Origin: Octopus bimaculoides
Taxonomy: Eukaryota
Assembly: GCF_001194135.2 (NCBI RefSeq)
Contig: NC_068981.1
Coordinates: 72,667,396 to 72,730,748, forward strand
DNA length: 63,353 nt
Direction: 5' to 3'
Below, piece after piece: positions 12,764-26,865 of this stretch (position 1 is its first letter; each line of letters opens with the position of its first letter). The position numbers and the translations under genes are program-made. The notes under the pieces were generated by a model. It had not been told where the DNA came from. It made no database searches and saw only the letters and a program-made list of their open reading frames with translations.

Positions 12764-13406
12764 TAAAAGGATGAGATTGAAGATAAGAGATAGTTGTATA
12801 CGCACCCTCTGTATTTTTTGTCTATGTGTATTCGCATGCGTGACAGGGGTGCGTGTGTGTGCGCGTAACACGTTAATAAGCAGACCGATGGAAATGATAG
12901 AGTTTTAGACAAACGTAATTTGATATTCCTTATTTGTAGATTGCATAATGCGAATCCCAAAACATGAAGTTCCCAGTAAGCATCTTATATATTATAATTA
13001 TTCCCGATACATGTTTTTTTATTTTCATTTTTCTTTATGTTTACTTTTCAATGGATTACTGTTGACATGTGTTTGCTTGTTTTAACAGTCTGAATCGCAA
13101 ATTATAGAAGCAACTTGCCCAGTTTTACATACGCATTCATACATACAAATATACACGAGTAGAGATTGTCGATAACGATTATATTCCCATATTTTTTTAG
13201 AAGCTTTTTTGTAATGCTTATATATGTACACACAATACTGTTCCGTTGTTCTTTGATTGATCTACGTAAAAGTAATAAGCTGGCAAACTTAAGTTTCACA
13301 TGTAATTCTTATAATAATGCGCATAAATAAGAATAAGTTTGTATTTTGTATTGCCTGTGTTTGCATGTGTGCGTGCGTGTGTCTACTTGTGTGTGTATAT
13401 GGGGGG

Positions 13407-13640
13407 GGGGGCACATGGTCAAGTGGTTAGGATGTCGTACACTCAGTCGTGAGAGCGTGTGTTCGATTCCCGGATTGGGCATTGAGTTGTGTTCTTGAGC
13501 AAAATACATCATCCCACATTGTTCTGCTATCACTTCAAAATCTGACGTGTAGTACACAGTGCCCCTGTACAAGTAATGGCGATTTGATGGAGTGAGTGAG
13601 CTAGTATGGGGCATGAACATTTCATCACGATAAGCAAATC
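13407..13640 (+). mobile_element. tRNA-headed SINE family D
   Basis: tggtcaagtggttagg...gttcgattccc head and gtgttcttgagcaaaatac core; similar to 37250-37455. Confidence 0.7.
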
Positions 13641-13970
13641 ATCTTTGCGGCAAACCAGCACATAGCTCTCACGCTATTTTGCATATAGTCATAGAGAACG
13701 ATTTAGCCTGCATCTGGCTTCGTTTGAGTACGTAGTATTCATAAGTCACAAAGATTACGGAACATTAATGTCTACCGCTCCTGCAACGGAACCTCACGCG
13801 AATTATCTCGCTTGTTTATGACTTCCAGATGTTTTAACACCAGGCGTATTGGAAATATTCTCTTACGCCTATAAATCGCAGCCTGCCCACGAACTGGAAA
13901 AATACATACCTTGTCTATGCGTGTTCGATATTGTTTATATATCCTTCGGGTTGCTTCTCATTCATATTTG

Positions 13971-14002
<32 letters not shown>

Positions 14003-14060
14003 NNNNNNNNNNNNNNNNNNNNNNNNNNNNNNNNNNNNNNNNNNNNNNNNNNNNNTATAC

Positions 14061-14094
<34 letters not shown>

Positions 14095-14427
14095 ATATAT
14101 ATATGCATAATACAAATAATATATGAGTATATGCATATATACGTACATGTATATACATACCTACATCTACATGTATATATAGATGCATATCTGGGTACAG
14201 GACGTTGCAAAACAACGTGGACAAAATGATAAACAGAGTACAGAAAACACACAGGCCACATAAAGAACATTGTATATGTGTATGTATATATATATATATA
14301 CAATCAGCAGTGAATTACAAAAGTGACACAACACCTGGGAGTTTTATGCGTGGCACTAACGTGTGTTAACTTATGTACTGTATTTTGTGTCTTCTACCAA
14401 ACGTAGATACATGTATCTACCAAACGT

Positions 14428-14751
14428 GAAGGCGCGTAACTTAGTGGTTAGAGTATTCGGCTCGCGATTATATGGTCACGGGTTCGATTTCTGGCTGTGC
14501 GTTGTGTCCTTCAGCGAGACACTTTATTTCACGTTGTTCCAGTCCACTCAGCTGGCAAATATTAGTAGTACCTGTATTTCAAGGGGCCAGTCTTGTCACA
14601 CTCGGTGCCATGCTGAATCTCCCTGAGAAGTATGTGAAGGGGTACACGTGTCTGTGGAGTGCTCAGCCACTTGCACGTTAATCTCACGAGCCAGCTGTTC
14701 TGTTGATCGGATCAACTGGAACCCTCGTTGTCTTAAGCGACGGAGTGCCAA
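14428..14751 (+). mobile_element. SINE family A
   Basis: tRNA head plus the body and tail shared with 7208-7594. Confidence 0.88.
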
Positions 14752-15242
14752 TTTTAGATGCATGTATATATACTCATAAATATGTGTGTGTGTGTGTGTG
14801 TGTATGTGTGTAAATTCAAATTTTAAAATTACTTATTAAAAAGATAGTAATTGAAAATATGGCTCAAATCAAGAACAAAACTAAAGACACCGTAAAATTA
14901 CAATGTTGCATATTGCTGAAATTTTTCAGTTGATAGAATTTACACAATGCAACACATTACAAACTTGAACATTTATATTTATGCGACAAAACTTAATTTA
15001 ATGATAACAACGACTTGGTTTATATTTAATGTCAAAAATAATAGAATTTATATTTACGGATTCATAACTTTATATGATATTTACTGTTTCCCCTGAAAAA
15101 GTGCTTTTATTAAAGATAAAATGTTCAAAATATATAGTCGTAGATTTATTGGTGTGTAAAATTAACATCTAACGTTACTATAGCTGATTTTCTTTCAAGA
15201 GAGGATATCGAATATGCTAGTAAGTGCTTTCTTAGTATGTGC

Positions 15243-15425
15243 TTAATACTGGTTTCAAATTTCGGCACAAGATCAGCAATTTCCGGGTGAGGTTAGAGTA
15301 TTACATCGGTCCCAGTGCTCAGCTAGTACTTATTTTATCCTCGGCAGAATCTGAACTCAAAACGAAAAGACGGACGAAATGGTGCTAAGCATTTTGTACG
15401 GCGTGTTAACAATTTTGCCAGCTCC
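15243..15425 (-). mobile_element. SINE family B, internally deleted
   Basis: Shared core motifs. Confidence 0.72.
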
Positions 15426-16894
15426 ACATTTTCATACGTATTTAATATTCTTTTCTACTCTAGGTCCAAAATGTGTGTATGTGTGTGTGCTTGTTTTCTG
15501 TCTCTGTTTACTCACACGAATACTTGCGGGTGTGTGTGTATTTATACATATATGCACATGTAAATATGGATGCATTTATATATGTGTGGGTGGGTGGGTA
15601 TATGTGTGTGTATGTATTCATACATACACTTGTGCATTTGTGTATATGTGTTTGTGTATATACACTTAAAACTAAATGTCACCACCCTCTACGCAAACAT
15701 TTCTAGACAGAACAACGACAATGCAAAACAAGACACACCCATCTTATTCATGTAATTGAAATGACGTCGTCATGAGATACAGACATACATTAAAATGCGG
15801 TTCCAGATTCTCATGTTAAAAGTGTCAGTTGTCAACGATAGTGAACATTGTTTTAACGAAAGAAAGTGAATTTCAAATAAAATATTCGGTTAGTTCAGTA
15901 TATAAAAGCATATTTGTTTTTCAATCATATCAATGTGTTTCAGTTATGCGCTTTCATATACTGAACTAATTCATATGTGCCTGTATGAATTAATGAATGC
16001 CTCTTATTCTCTTCCCCAATCTCCCATTCTCTTTAACATCGTTGCAGTTTGGGAACTCAACATTATCCCGTTTCCTTCGTCGTTTTTCAAGTTTGTAGTA
16101 TTCATGTCGATTTTTCGCTGTCTTTGAACGCTGAGCTCACTACCAACACGTGTTTCGCCTTATGTCGTCTCACTTTTCTTTTTTCTTTCTTATACTTCAC
16201 TATCTAATTCTATTTCATTTCCTCTCTCAACTGCCATTTTATTTGTTCAATGACATCAATAATCTTCACAGCTCTCACTGACTAAATTTCTGTCCGAGAT
16301 GTTAGATTTTCCCTCTTTCTCGTATCAAATCAATTTATTACTCTTTTGAACATTTTGTACTTGCTATATTCTGAGGTAGATCCTCGCTAATTTTCCCGGA
16401 GCCTACTCTTTATCTTAATTTATTAGTTTTACATTTTTAAACTTTACATAATTAATTATATCCGCATGTCTACTGTCTTTTGTTAGTTGTGTCTCAACCA
16501 AAGTCCTTTATTATTTGTCCATTTGTATTCTTAAAAACAGTGATTCACTGCAGCTTATGTGAATTGCCCAACAGTTGGGAATATAAAATTACCATTTTCT
16601 TTGGCACCACATTTAAGTATGATTTATGCAGATAAGCATAGACAATTAACTGTGTTTCTAAATAGAGGAGTAAATGTTTGTTTGAAAAACATTTAAAAAA
16701 TTTACTAATTTTTGGTATATGGTAATATCGATAATGCTACACTATTTTATAAAAATACATCTCTACAGTAAACTCAGCAAACTCGTTTAGCAGGGAGTAA
16801 GAGTTTCTCAAAAAGTCATCTTTGTCGCCGAGGTCATAACGTACGATAAACTGGAACATGGATGGGGTATGTTGGAACACATAAATAATGGTTT

Positions 16895-17105
16895 CTGATT
16901 CCAGTACCATTTAGAAAGTGTTCTGAGAGGAGGCGTTCATCGATACTATCGTCTCCAGTCCTTCACTGGGACTTTATTTGTTCTACGCCGGGGGATGAAA
17001 GGCAAAGTTGATCCGGTTGAAAATTGAACTCAGAGCATAAAGATCCAAAACAAATATCGCATGTAATTTTTTTTCCGACGCTCTAACGAATCAACCAATC
17101 GCCTC
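16895..17105 (-). mobile_element. SINE family B, diverged
   Basis: gatgaaaggcaaagttga..cggt.gaa..tgaactcaga motif. Confidence 0.65.
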
Positions 17106-17241
17106 AGTAATAACAGGACAGTTTAAGAATTATTTAGGCATCATTTCAGTAGAGTTCAAATAATATATTTTGTTATCACTTAGAAATTAGTTTTATTGGT
17201 GCGCAACATGTCCCTGTATTTACTCTGGTTTATAGACTTAC

Positions 17242-17289
17242 AGATTAACAGGAAACGCAAGTTTCTGCTTATAGGGCCTTGTTCTATCA
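17242..17289 (-). CDS. Candidate 48-nt internal exon of an unknown gene
   Basis: cctacttcatttcacag|...|gtaagtc; open in two frames (DRTRPYKQKLAFPVN or IEQGPISRNLRFLLI). Splice-signal evidence only. Confidence 0.18.
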
Positions 17290-18809
17290 CTGTGAAATGA
17301 AGTAGGCGAAATAATACCATGTACTCAAGTTCACGTAGTTATATTGCAATATTATTTGACATTGTAAATTTCAGGTGCACAAAATCTTTGCTCGAATTAC
17401 GTTTCAAGCTTTTCTTTGTTACCTCTTATTCATTTCTTATTCATTTCATTTCATCAACCAGTGTTGTAACAAAAGTGCATTTTTTTTACTGCACAACAAA
17501 ATATACAAGAACAAGTCTCCATCCCATTTCTTGTGTCTCTTAAGAGACTTTGCTTACACTTTTTTCATTCTCCACCCATGAGTGTGGCATTTTTAAGCAA
17601 AGTCAAGTCGCACATTCAAATGTCAATCTCTTGACCTTCTCTTGAGTTTAAGTGCTACTACATGTGCCGGTGTACTTGTGACAATGGGGTTAGCTTGAAA
17701 TTATTCCAAGTAACACCACTCATCATATTTTCTAAGTCCCTTACATATATGACCTCATATATGTGGGGCACACAACATAAATTAGAATAGGAAAAGATTT
17801 CCTGTTCTGATTACTTTCTACTAACCAATCAAAAGTCAAAGAGTTCACTTCTAAATACATTATTTACTAAACAAAACTAAATATTTTTAACAAGTGAGAG
17901 TCTTACGCTAGGATATAAAAAATACAGAAAGGTTTTAGTACGATCAAAAGTTTCTGCATTGAGTTAATATCGATATGGTTGAGCAGTAGTTTAAGAGGCG
18001 TTCATAAGACAGTAGTATTGTTCTCACCAGGTTCTTTTTTTCTGTGACGAAAGAGGTTTTTAATTCACTGCATGTTCCAACTTTTTCTATATCCTTATCA
18101 CTCTTCTAACTAGTCACATAGTACTTTCTAACTTCTACCAATACTGTACTAATTAGTTACTTGGCTGCCTCGATTGTAACATAACAAAAATACTAATTAC
18201 TTGATATTATTTTGCCAAGACTTCCAACCTGACTTGAGTCTTCAACTTTATGGGCACTAGTCCTCCCCAGTCGAATTGTAAAAGGAAAAAAAAACTGCGA
18301 AACATATTTCCTAGTATATACTGCTACGCAGTTATATGTGTATATNNNNNNNNNNNNNNNNNNNNNNNNNNNNNNNNNNNNNNNNNNNNNNNNNNNNNNN
18401 NNNNNNNNNNNNNNNNNNNNNNNNNNNNNNNNNNNNNNNNNNNNNNNNNNNNNNNNNNNNNNNNNNNNNNNNNNNNNNNNNNNNNNNNNNNNNNNNNNNN
18501 NNNNNNNNNNNNNNNNNNNNNNNNNNNNNNNNNNNNNNNNNNNNNNNNNNNNNNNNNNNNNNNNNNNNNNNNNNNNNNNNNNNNNNNNNNNNNNNNNNNN
18601 NNNNNNNNNNNNNNNNNNNNNNNNNNNNNNNNNNNNNNNNNNNNNNNNNNNNNNNNNNNNNNNNNNNNNNNNNNNNNNNNNNNNNNNNNNNNNNNNNNNN
18701 NNNNNNNNNNNNNNNNNNNNNNNNNNNNNNNNNCATATATATATATATACATATATATATACATACATATATATATATATATATACATGTATATATATAC
18801 ATACATATA

Positions 18810-18877
<68 letters not shown>

Positions 18878-18921
18878 ACAAGAAGGAAGAGTGAAAGAAA
18901 GCGAGTGGGAAGAAAGAAAAC

Positions 18922-18964
<43 letters not shown>

Positions 18965-19147
18965 AGAGACAGACAGACAGAGAAAAATAAAGAGAGAGAG
19001 AGAAGTTAGAAACTGATTGATTTATTTTTTCAAAGCTCTCATTTAAATTACAGTCTGGACTGACTTTTCCTTTCATCATTGCGTTGTCGACAAAAGTATT
19101 GCCAGTATATAGTGATTTAACTTCAATTGATTATAATAGTCTCTTAC

Positions 19148-19251
19148 ATAACTTGGCATTTGGCCTAAAGAATACACCGACGTTGTATACGAGCCAACGT
19201 GGGAATAGTTAAATGTTTGCTTGACATGCAAGAAATAGTCGCTGAATACCT
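19148..19251 (-). CDS. Candidate 104-nt internal exon of an unknown gene
   Basis: ttgtgttttcag|...|gtaaga; single open frame VFSDYFLHVKQTFNYSHVGSYTTSVYSLGQMPSY. Confidence 0.25.
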
Positions 19252-19439
19252 CTGAAAACACAACCTACTGGCTTTAGAAAATGAGGACAAACATTAGACA
19301 GAGCTGTCCTGGGCGCATTGTGTGCCTGAGAAAAAGAAAGGATGGTTATGGCTGGAATGTCCTGAAATATAGGCTTGCTCGAGCATAGCTTAAAAATAAG
19401 AAAATGAGCAAGACTATGGTCTCTGAGTGAGGCATACGA

Positions 19440-19630
19440 TCAGCAATTTTGAGAAGTGTGTATTAGAAGCTAACATTGATCTTAATATTTGACTAGTACT
19501 TCATTTTATCGACTCCGAAAGGATGAAAGACAAAGTTTACTTGCGCAGAATTTGAAATCAAAATTAACAGAACCGGAAGAAATAGTATAAGGAATTTCTT
19601 CCAAGGCTCTTAAGATTTCGAACATCTACT
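19440..19630 (-). mobile_element. SINE family B
   Basis: tacttcattttatcgactccgaaaggatgaaagacaaagtt motif. Confidence 0.68.
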
Positions 19631-19696
19631 GCTCTGAGAAGAATAACTAATATTGTACAATGTTGAAAAAGTTGTGAAGTTGTCTATAGTCAGTCT

Positions 19697-20056
19697 GTTG
19701 TTGGCACTTCGTGACTTATGACGTCGAGGTTTCCAGTTGATCCGATCAACGGAACGGCCCGCTCGTAAAAATTAACGTGCAAGTGGCTGAGCACTCCAGA
19801 AACACGTGTACCCTTAACGTAGTTCTCGGGGATATTCAACGTGACACAGTGTGACAAGGCTGACCCTTTGAATTACAGGCACAACAGGAAGTAAGAGAAA
19901 GTTGTGGTGGAAGAGTACAGCAGGGTTCGCCACCATCCCCTACCGGAGCCTCGTGGAGCTTTTAGGTGTTTTCGTTCAATAAACACTCACAACGCCCGGT
20001 CTGGGAATCGAAACCGCGAGTCCGCTACCCTAACCGCTGGGCCATTGCGCCTCCAC
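19697..20056 (-). mobile_element. SINE family A, full length with TSD
   Basis: Reverse complement of the 7208 element; atagtcagt is repeated at 19686-19694 and 20057-20065. Confidence 0.9.
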
Positions 20057-20297
20057 ATAGTCAGTGTGTAATCTGAAATTAAATCTCTTCGCAAGTTGCT
20101 TGGGCTCGGTTATAATGAACTAGCAATCAGTGATATACGGAGTTCGATTCAATTTACTTTCAAACATTTACATGCCTTAGAGATGCATTTTGACAAGCAG
20201 AATTAGTGTCGTACAGAAATCTGAAGGCAATGAATAATCACAAATCGGTACAGTGACATAGAAAATGCTTTGCAGTATTTCGTTAGATTAACTTTAC

Positions 20298-20374
20298 TTT
20301 TCAACCATCCGGTGTCGAATATTGGTGTCGACATAAACAACATTATCATTCCGTTTATATGTATGACCATTTGT
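20298..20374 (-). CDS. Candidate 77-nt internal exon of an unknown gene
   Basis: gatttatgttgtag|...|gtaaag; open in two frames (QMVIHINGMIMLFMSTPIFDTGWLK or TNGHTYKRNDNVVYVDTNIRHRMVE). Confidence 0.18.
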
Positions 20375-21376
20375 CTACAACATAAATCAACGTTATGCGT
20401 CAGCTTTTGTGAACGTTGTAAAACATGTAGTTGCCTAATTAGATGAGTATACAGCCTGTTTCCATTAACAATTGAAACCACTTTTCTTTAGCACATCACA
20501 AATGCTTTTGAGATAAACGTGGATATAATAATATATCATTTCTCGATTTAAAATATTCAGGCATTATATCTACGTAAGAAATCAATGGAAAGCTTAACTG
20601 GAATGTTCTTTGAAACTGAAATAAAAAAAAAAGAACAAAAAAATGCATACAGTCTCTGAAGGTGTAAGATGTGATTATCATGAAAAATAAAAATAAACTG
20701 TTTCTCTTTCTCTCCTCTCTCCCCACTACTCTCTCTATGTATATGTTTATGTACATAACGTATTATATATATATATATGCACACACACACGCACAAATAT
20801 ATATATATATAGCATATTTAAATACGTACATACATACATGCATACATACATACATACATACATATATATANNNNNNNNNNNNNNNNNNNNNNNNNNNNNN
20901 NNNNNNNNNNNNNNNNNNNNNNNNNNNNNNNNNNNNNNNNNNNNNNNNNNNNNNNNNNNNNNNNNNNNNNNNNNNNNNNNNNNNNNNNNNNNNNNNNNNN
21001 NNNNNNNNNNNNNNNNNNNNNNNNNNNNNNNNNNNNNNNNNNNNNNNATATATATATATATTTAATGTATGTATTGAGATGGGAGTGTAGGAAGCATATA
21101 GCGAACTAGGTAACATATATATTTGCTACACACTCGTGCGTGCTTGTGTGTGTGTGTGTAATGAAGGATTTTGTGTGTTTTTGCCTGTATTCTCTTACAT
21201 CTGTGAAATGCCATCTTCTTATGAAATAATCCATATGTCATCGAGGATATAACTTATAAGCTATGAAACATGAAATTGATATTTCTATTTTCATTTATCA
21301 TTTCTATTTATCACTTCTTGTGTGTTTTCCATCAAACAATGTACCGAATAAATATCATCAGTGCAGAAGTAGAAAC

Positions 21377-21525
21377 GTGATGTTCTGTTGATCTGACAAT
21401 GCTTAACTGGCCGTGACTTCGGAGTCACTCGCAACAATATTCTTGTTCAAGAATAAACTCTGTGTGTGTGTGTGTGTGTGATTATTGAGCTGGCAGAATC
21501 GTTAGCACGCCGGGTAAAATCTTTA
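21377..21525 (+). repeat. Local duplication, copy 1 (unique block + (TG)n + SINE B head)
   Basis: Near-identical to 23135-23335. Confidence 0.8.
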
Positions 21526-21574
21526 CGGTGAACTATACACACACACACATATATACACACATACATATAAGCAT

Positions 21575-21738
21575 ATATTTATGTATGTGTGTTTGTTTGT
21601 CCCCCCCCCCCCATCGCTTTGACAACCGACATTGGTGTGTTTACTTCTCTGTAAATCAACGGTTCGGCAAAAGAAACCAATAAAATAAGTACTAGGCTTA
21701 CAAAGAATAAGTATTGGGGTTGATTTGTTCGACTAAAA
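21575..21738 (+). mobile_element. SINE family C, 3' half running into a gap
   Basis: catcgctttgacaaccga..ggttcggcaaaaga.acc.at..aataagtactaggcttacaaagaataagt. Confidence 0.75.
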
Positions 21739-22639
21739 NNNNNNNNNNNNNNNNNNNNNNNNNNNNNNNNNNNNNNNNNNNNNNNNNNNNNNNNNNNNNN
21801 NNNNNNNNNNNNNNNNNNNNNNNNNNNNNNNNNNNNNNNNNNNNNNNNNNNNNNNNNNNNNNNNNNNNNNNNNNNNNNNNNNNNNNNNNNNNNNNNNNNN
21901 NNNNNNNNNNNNNNNNNNNNNNNNNNNNNNNNNNNNNNNNNNNNNNNNNNNNNNNNNNNNNNNNNNNNNNNNNNNNNNNNNNNNNNNNNNNNNNNNNNNN
22001 NNNNNNNNNNNNNNNNNNNNNNNNNNNNNNNNNNNNNNNNNNNNNNNNNNNNNNNNNNNNNNNNNNNNNNNNNNNNNNNNNNNNNNNNNNNNNNNNNNNN
22101 NNNNNNNNNNNNNNNNNNNNNNNNNNNNNNNNNNNNNNNNNNNNNNNNNNNNNNNNNNNNNNNNNNNNNNNNNNNNNNNNNNNNNNNNNNNNNNNNNNNN
22201 NNNNNNNNNNNNNNNNNNNNNNNNNNNNNNNNNNNNNNNNNNNNNNNNNNNNNNNNNNNNNNNNNNNNNNNNNNNNNNNNNNNNNNNNGGGTGGAGTGGG
22301 ATGGAGTGGAGTGGGAATATATATATATACTATCATGTGCTCTTTAATGCTTTAAAGTTAATGTTATCTGCTCGGAAACAAAGAACTGGATATATTTTAT
22401 TGATGAACATTAGATATATAAAAAAGATTCTCGCTAAGTAAAATGCATATTTTATGCTTTTACTTAAGAAAATTATTTATTGATTTATATGTATATATGA
22501 CTTTATCTAAACGTGCATGCTTGTCAATAAATAATCTTTATTGTGTTCATATGAAAACACATTTCTTCTTTCTTTGGTAATGTTATTTCGATAATTCTTT
22601 GTTATTCCTATTAAACAAAATAATTCACAACAGCGAGTT

Positions 22640-22850
22640 GGTAGAATCGTTAGCGCATCGGACAAAATACTTCGTAGCAGTTCTTCGTACTGTTTAGGGT
22701 GTAAGTTCACATACCATCGACGTTGACTTTACCTTTTATCCCTTAGAGGTCGACAGAATAAAGTTCCAGTCAAGTACTGCAGTTGATGTAATCGACTTTC
22801 CCCACTTACCTCGTATTGCTGACCTTCAACCAAAATTAGAAAGAATTATT
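22640..22850 (+). mobile_element. SINE family B
   Basis: gagttggtagaatcgttagcgcatcgg head, core, and attatt tail. Confidence 0.72.
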
Positions 22851-23134
22851 ATTACAGAAATTCTTTTTGCTAACAGGAAGAAATTGTTATTATTATATTG
22901 TATTTTCATAAAATATTAGAAAATATGAGAGGTAGGTATTTTAATTTCGCCACTTGACATCCTTAGAATGACAACCGCATTGTAACCTTCATCATGTAAA
23001 AATAATTTCAGTGTATTTCATACGTCTGCACCGACATGCATGCTACACATTCCGCAGTACTATTGTACGTTTACAAACCAATGCAGATATAGAAGGCTAG
23101 CTCTTCAGGTCAACTGAACCTCATGGTTACATTG

Positions 23135-23215
23135 TGACGTTCTGTTGATCTGACAGTGCATAACCGACCGAGACTTCGAAGTCACTCGCAACAATATTCT
23201 TGTTTAAGAATAAAC

Positions 23216-23294
<79 letters not shown>

Positions 23295-23467
23295 GAACTG
23301 GCAGAATCGTTAACACGCCGGGTAAAATGTTTAGCGACATTTCGTCCGTCTTTACAGAGAACCTAGTCTTTCATCATTTCGGGGTCGATAAATTAAGTAC
23401 CAGTGGTCGATGTAATCGACTAGTCCCCTCCCACTGAACATCAGTCCTTGTACCTTTAGTAGAAAGG

Positions 23468-23535
<68 letters not shown>
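23135..23535 (+). repeat. Local duplication, copy 2, with long (TG)n, SINE B (23291-23467) and (ATT)n tail
   Basis: Matches 21377-21525; SINE B head ctggcagaatcgttaacacgccggg. Confidence 0.8.
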
Positions 23536-24104
23536 CGATCATTATGATTTCCTGGGTCTTACCAATCCGTTTATGGCTAGTTGCTTTTTTTTTTAATTAT
23601 TTCAAAGGATGTATAGTACGGAATGTAATTAGTTAGCTAGAACTGAGACATAAACCAGATAGTCTCAACGGCATCAATAATATATGTGAATTTATGAACG
23701 ATCGAAATTCCGATCATCCAATTACTGAACTTATGTTCTCTTTGTACCTTTGTGCTTTAACCCAAAACGTTTATTTATTTAGTGTCTTTCTTTTTTCACG
23801 CTATAAATTTTCGGATATAGATTTTATTGATATTTTCTTAATTCAAAAGAGGAACAGACATGAACTTATTAGCGTCCGTTTTCTCACCTAAATACTCCGG
23901 GAACAGAAGTGAAAACAAGTATTTATTCCATTTTGTATGAAAAAAATATTCATAGGTTGGAGAGTTCTATTAGGAAAATTCAAAGCAGATTAGGAACCAT
24001 GATTTATTTCTCGGCAACTTTTCGATAGACAGTCGAGAAAGTATATAAGCAAAGCTGCTAGTTCTAAGATCTCTGTAAGAGATCAACGCAGTAGTTGTAC
24101 TAAC

Positions 24105-24486
24105 AAGTAACATTCGAAGCCACTTCAACATGACTGTCCGTTCGAGCGGACTCTACTGCGATTTTTTTTTAACGCCAAGAGGACATCTCCTGTAGCTTGT
24201 TAACGATGTAGAGCTGCATCCGATAAATTGTGAGCAGGGGAGCTACTGCCATCTCTAGCAGACGAGATGTCCAGTACAGAAAGTGTGGTAGAAATAGCCC
24301 GAAATCAGGACTGGTCTGCTGATCTCGTCCCTAGAAGGTGGTAGGGGATCGCTCCCCTTCTCGCAATTTATCGGATGCAGTTCTGTATCGTTAACCAGCT
24401 AGAGGAGATGACCTCTTAGGCTTAAAAGATTGTAGTAGAGTCCGTTCGAGTGGACAGCCATGTTAAAGTGGCATCGAATATTACTT
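24105..24486. mobile_element. Foldback/MITE-like palindromic element
   Basis: About 165-bp imperfect inverted arms around a short spacer; a partial second copy of the right arm lies at 54778-54832; no clear TSD. Confidence 0.8.
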
Positions 24487-25895
24487 TATATTTGGTAATT
24501 CGAGTAAGAATTTTAAACGAACGAATCACAGCAAACATGTGAGTTATTCATATTTCAATTCGTAGCATTTGCGGAAATACTTCCTATCGCTATAGCACAA
24601 CATAGAGTGGATCTATCATACCGAAACGACTCAACCAATCTACAGAGGTGAATTGGCTGAATCTTTAGAACGTCGGATAAAATGGTTTACGCGATTTGTT
24701 CTGGCCTTTTACGCATCGAACTGATAAGATGGTGTCGTTTTTTTTTTATAAAGAAAACGGTTTCGTGAAACCATTCTACAAAACTTCTATAGCAAATATC
24801 GCTTGTCAAGGAAGTCATCAAGTGTCGTTCGTTGAGGCATTTTTCTGAAAAATTTTTCTGTTGTTATGGTTTTCAGAAACAAATGAACTTTTCCATTACC
24901 TTCCAGTACTATCTGTGTGTTTATTGTTGTAGTTTAACCTCTGGTCAGTCTTAAATCGAGCAAACGTGCTGTCTAATGTCACCCAGTCATGATCAACAAC
25001 TTATTTGCTTGTTTAGTACATCTAGAACTACATTATCAAACATTCTCTTTCCGGTTTTAAGATGGTATGATATGATATTAAGAAAAATATAGCTGCTCTG
25101 TCTAGCAACTTCTATGACCACGCAGAAGGCGTTCCAGAATATTCACTCGCTTGTTACGATATAAAGAAATGTTCTGTGTTATTTTTTCTTATCCCATTGT
25201 GGAATAGGTTTCTATAAATCGACACAACATAGAAAACTAATATTAAACACAGAGAGGCGAAATCATTTGTTGAACATTTGCACACGCGGACAGAATAAAA
25301 CCGGATGCGAACTAATTGTAAAGGATTGTCTATAATAGCTGATTTTGAGGCACAAAATAACAATCAACAATAACACCAGCAATAAACAACTGACAGTCGG
25401 TGGCCTACGCTATCACTTATCTTACTAAACATCACAGCCAAACCTCTCTCAAAACACAACATAAAATATTGAAATAAGCACATTGCCAAATGTAGAAAAG
25501 CCTGAATTGCCGCAGTTAGAAAATATTCGATCATAAGCTATTTAACAAAATCGATATCAGCGTGTTTATCTTCCTCAGCCCTGGAATCCACAATAACGGG
25601 TGCAGACGTGGTCGTGAGTTTCAGAAGTTCTTTTCGCAATATAATAGTTTCAGTTTCATTTCCACTGTGTTATCTTAAGTACTTTTCTTCTCTCATAGCT
25701 TTGGATCAACGAAATTTAATAGATGGGACTTTCTGCCTGCCGAAATAACCTTTCCTGTTCTTCGAAGTTAGACTTAACCCGTCATTCATTTTAACCTTAA
25801 ATCTAACACCTGAGTGCTGGTAACAGAGTCCTGTGTTAGGCAACATTCTGGCCAGGTCCCTCGTGTGAGGATAATTTTCTCTCTCCAGATCTACC

Positions 25896-25948
<53 letters not shown>

Positions 25949-26251
25949 CACCTTTTGGCATTACTTGTTTCTGTCATTAGACTGTGGGCATGCTGGTCTC
26001 ACTATATTTTTCTAAGCCATATACTTATTCCATCGGTCATATTTCACATTTTATTTATTAACAGCGGCCTGTCGACGGAATCTCATTCCATTCAGTACCA
26101 AAGCTTGATATAACATATGTAACCTAGTTAGTAGGCATACAAAAAGGTCAAGGCAACTTTGACTGTTGTACTGTGTGTACGTGTGTGTTTGTCTGTGTGT
26201 ATGTGTGTATGTATGTATGTATGAATGTATGTATGTATGAATGCATGTATG

Positions 26252-26328
<77 letters not shown>

Positions 26329-26554
26329 ATACATATATGTATGTATATTGATGGATAGATATATCATTTCTCATTTCATTATATACTTGTTATTCATCTA
26401 TTTTCATTTATTTTAAAATTTCACCCTATCAACATTTTCACTTTGATTTTGATTGAGAATTACATTAAGAGTTCATGTGTCTCTGGAATACTCAGCTTTT
26501 TACACGTTTATTCCACGATTATGAATTCGGTTTCTCAAACAAACAAATGCTCAC

Positions 26555-26642
26555 CGTCGAGACCGACGGAAAATTTCTCGTGTTCAACTGCTATTTCTGT
26601 ATTTATTACTGTATGAAGGATTTCTGAATAGAAGCGCTGCCA
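26555..26642 (-). CDS. Candidate 88-nt exon (or 33-nt form 26610-26642) of an unknown gene
   Basis: ttttctacattctctgtcttaag|...|gtgagc gives WQRFYSEILHTVINTEIAVEHEKFSVGLD; the alternative donor gtaata gives GSASIQKSFI. Confidence 0.2.
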
Positions 26643-26741
26643 CTTAAGACAGAGAATGTAGAAAATGTGGATATGTGCCAAATTTACAGTGAAAGGCGTT
26701 GGCTGAAAGGATTGTTTAAATATGAGTATGCATGCGTATGC

Positions 26742-26801
<60 letters not shown>

Positions 26802-26865
26802 AACAGAGATAGAGATAGAGACAGAGAGACAGAGAGAGGGAGAGGGAGAGTAATTAAACCCATAC

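Noticed and set aside
16140-16175. Hammerhead-like GAAAC-ACGT-GTT palindrome (minus strand)
   Set aside because: The core reads GAGACGA and stems I/II do not pair.
15990-16300. Possible L1/Tx1 remnant (YYKLEKRRRKRDN, minus strand)
   Set aside because: A single short motif amid many stops.
17480-17620. Possible piggyBac remnant (MGG.. and RHKKWDGDLFLYILL, minus strand)
   Set aside because: Too degenerate; no TIR or TTAA seen.
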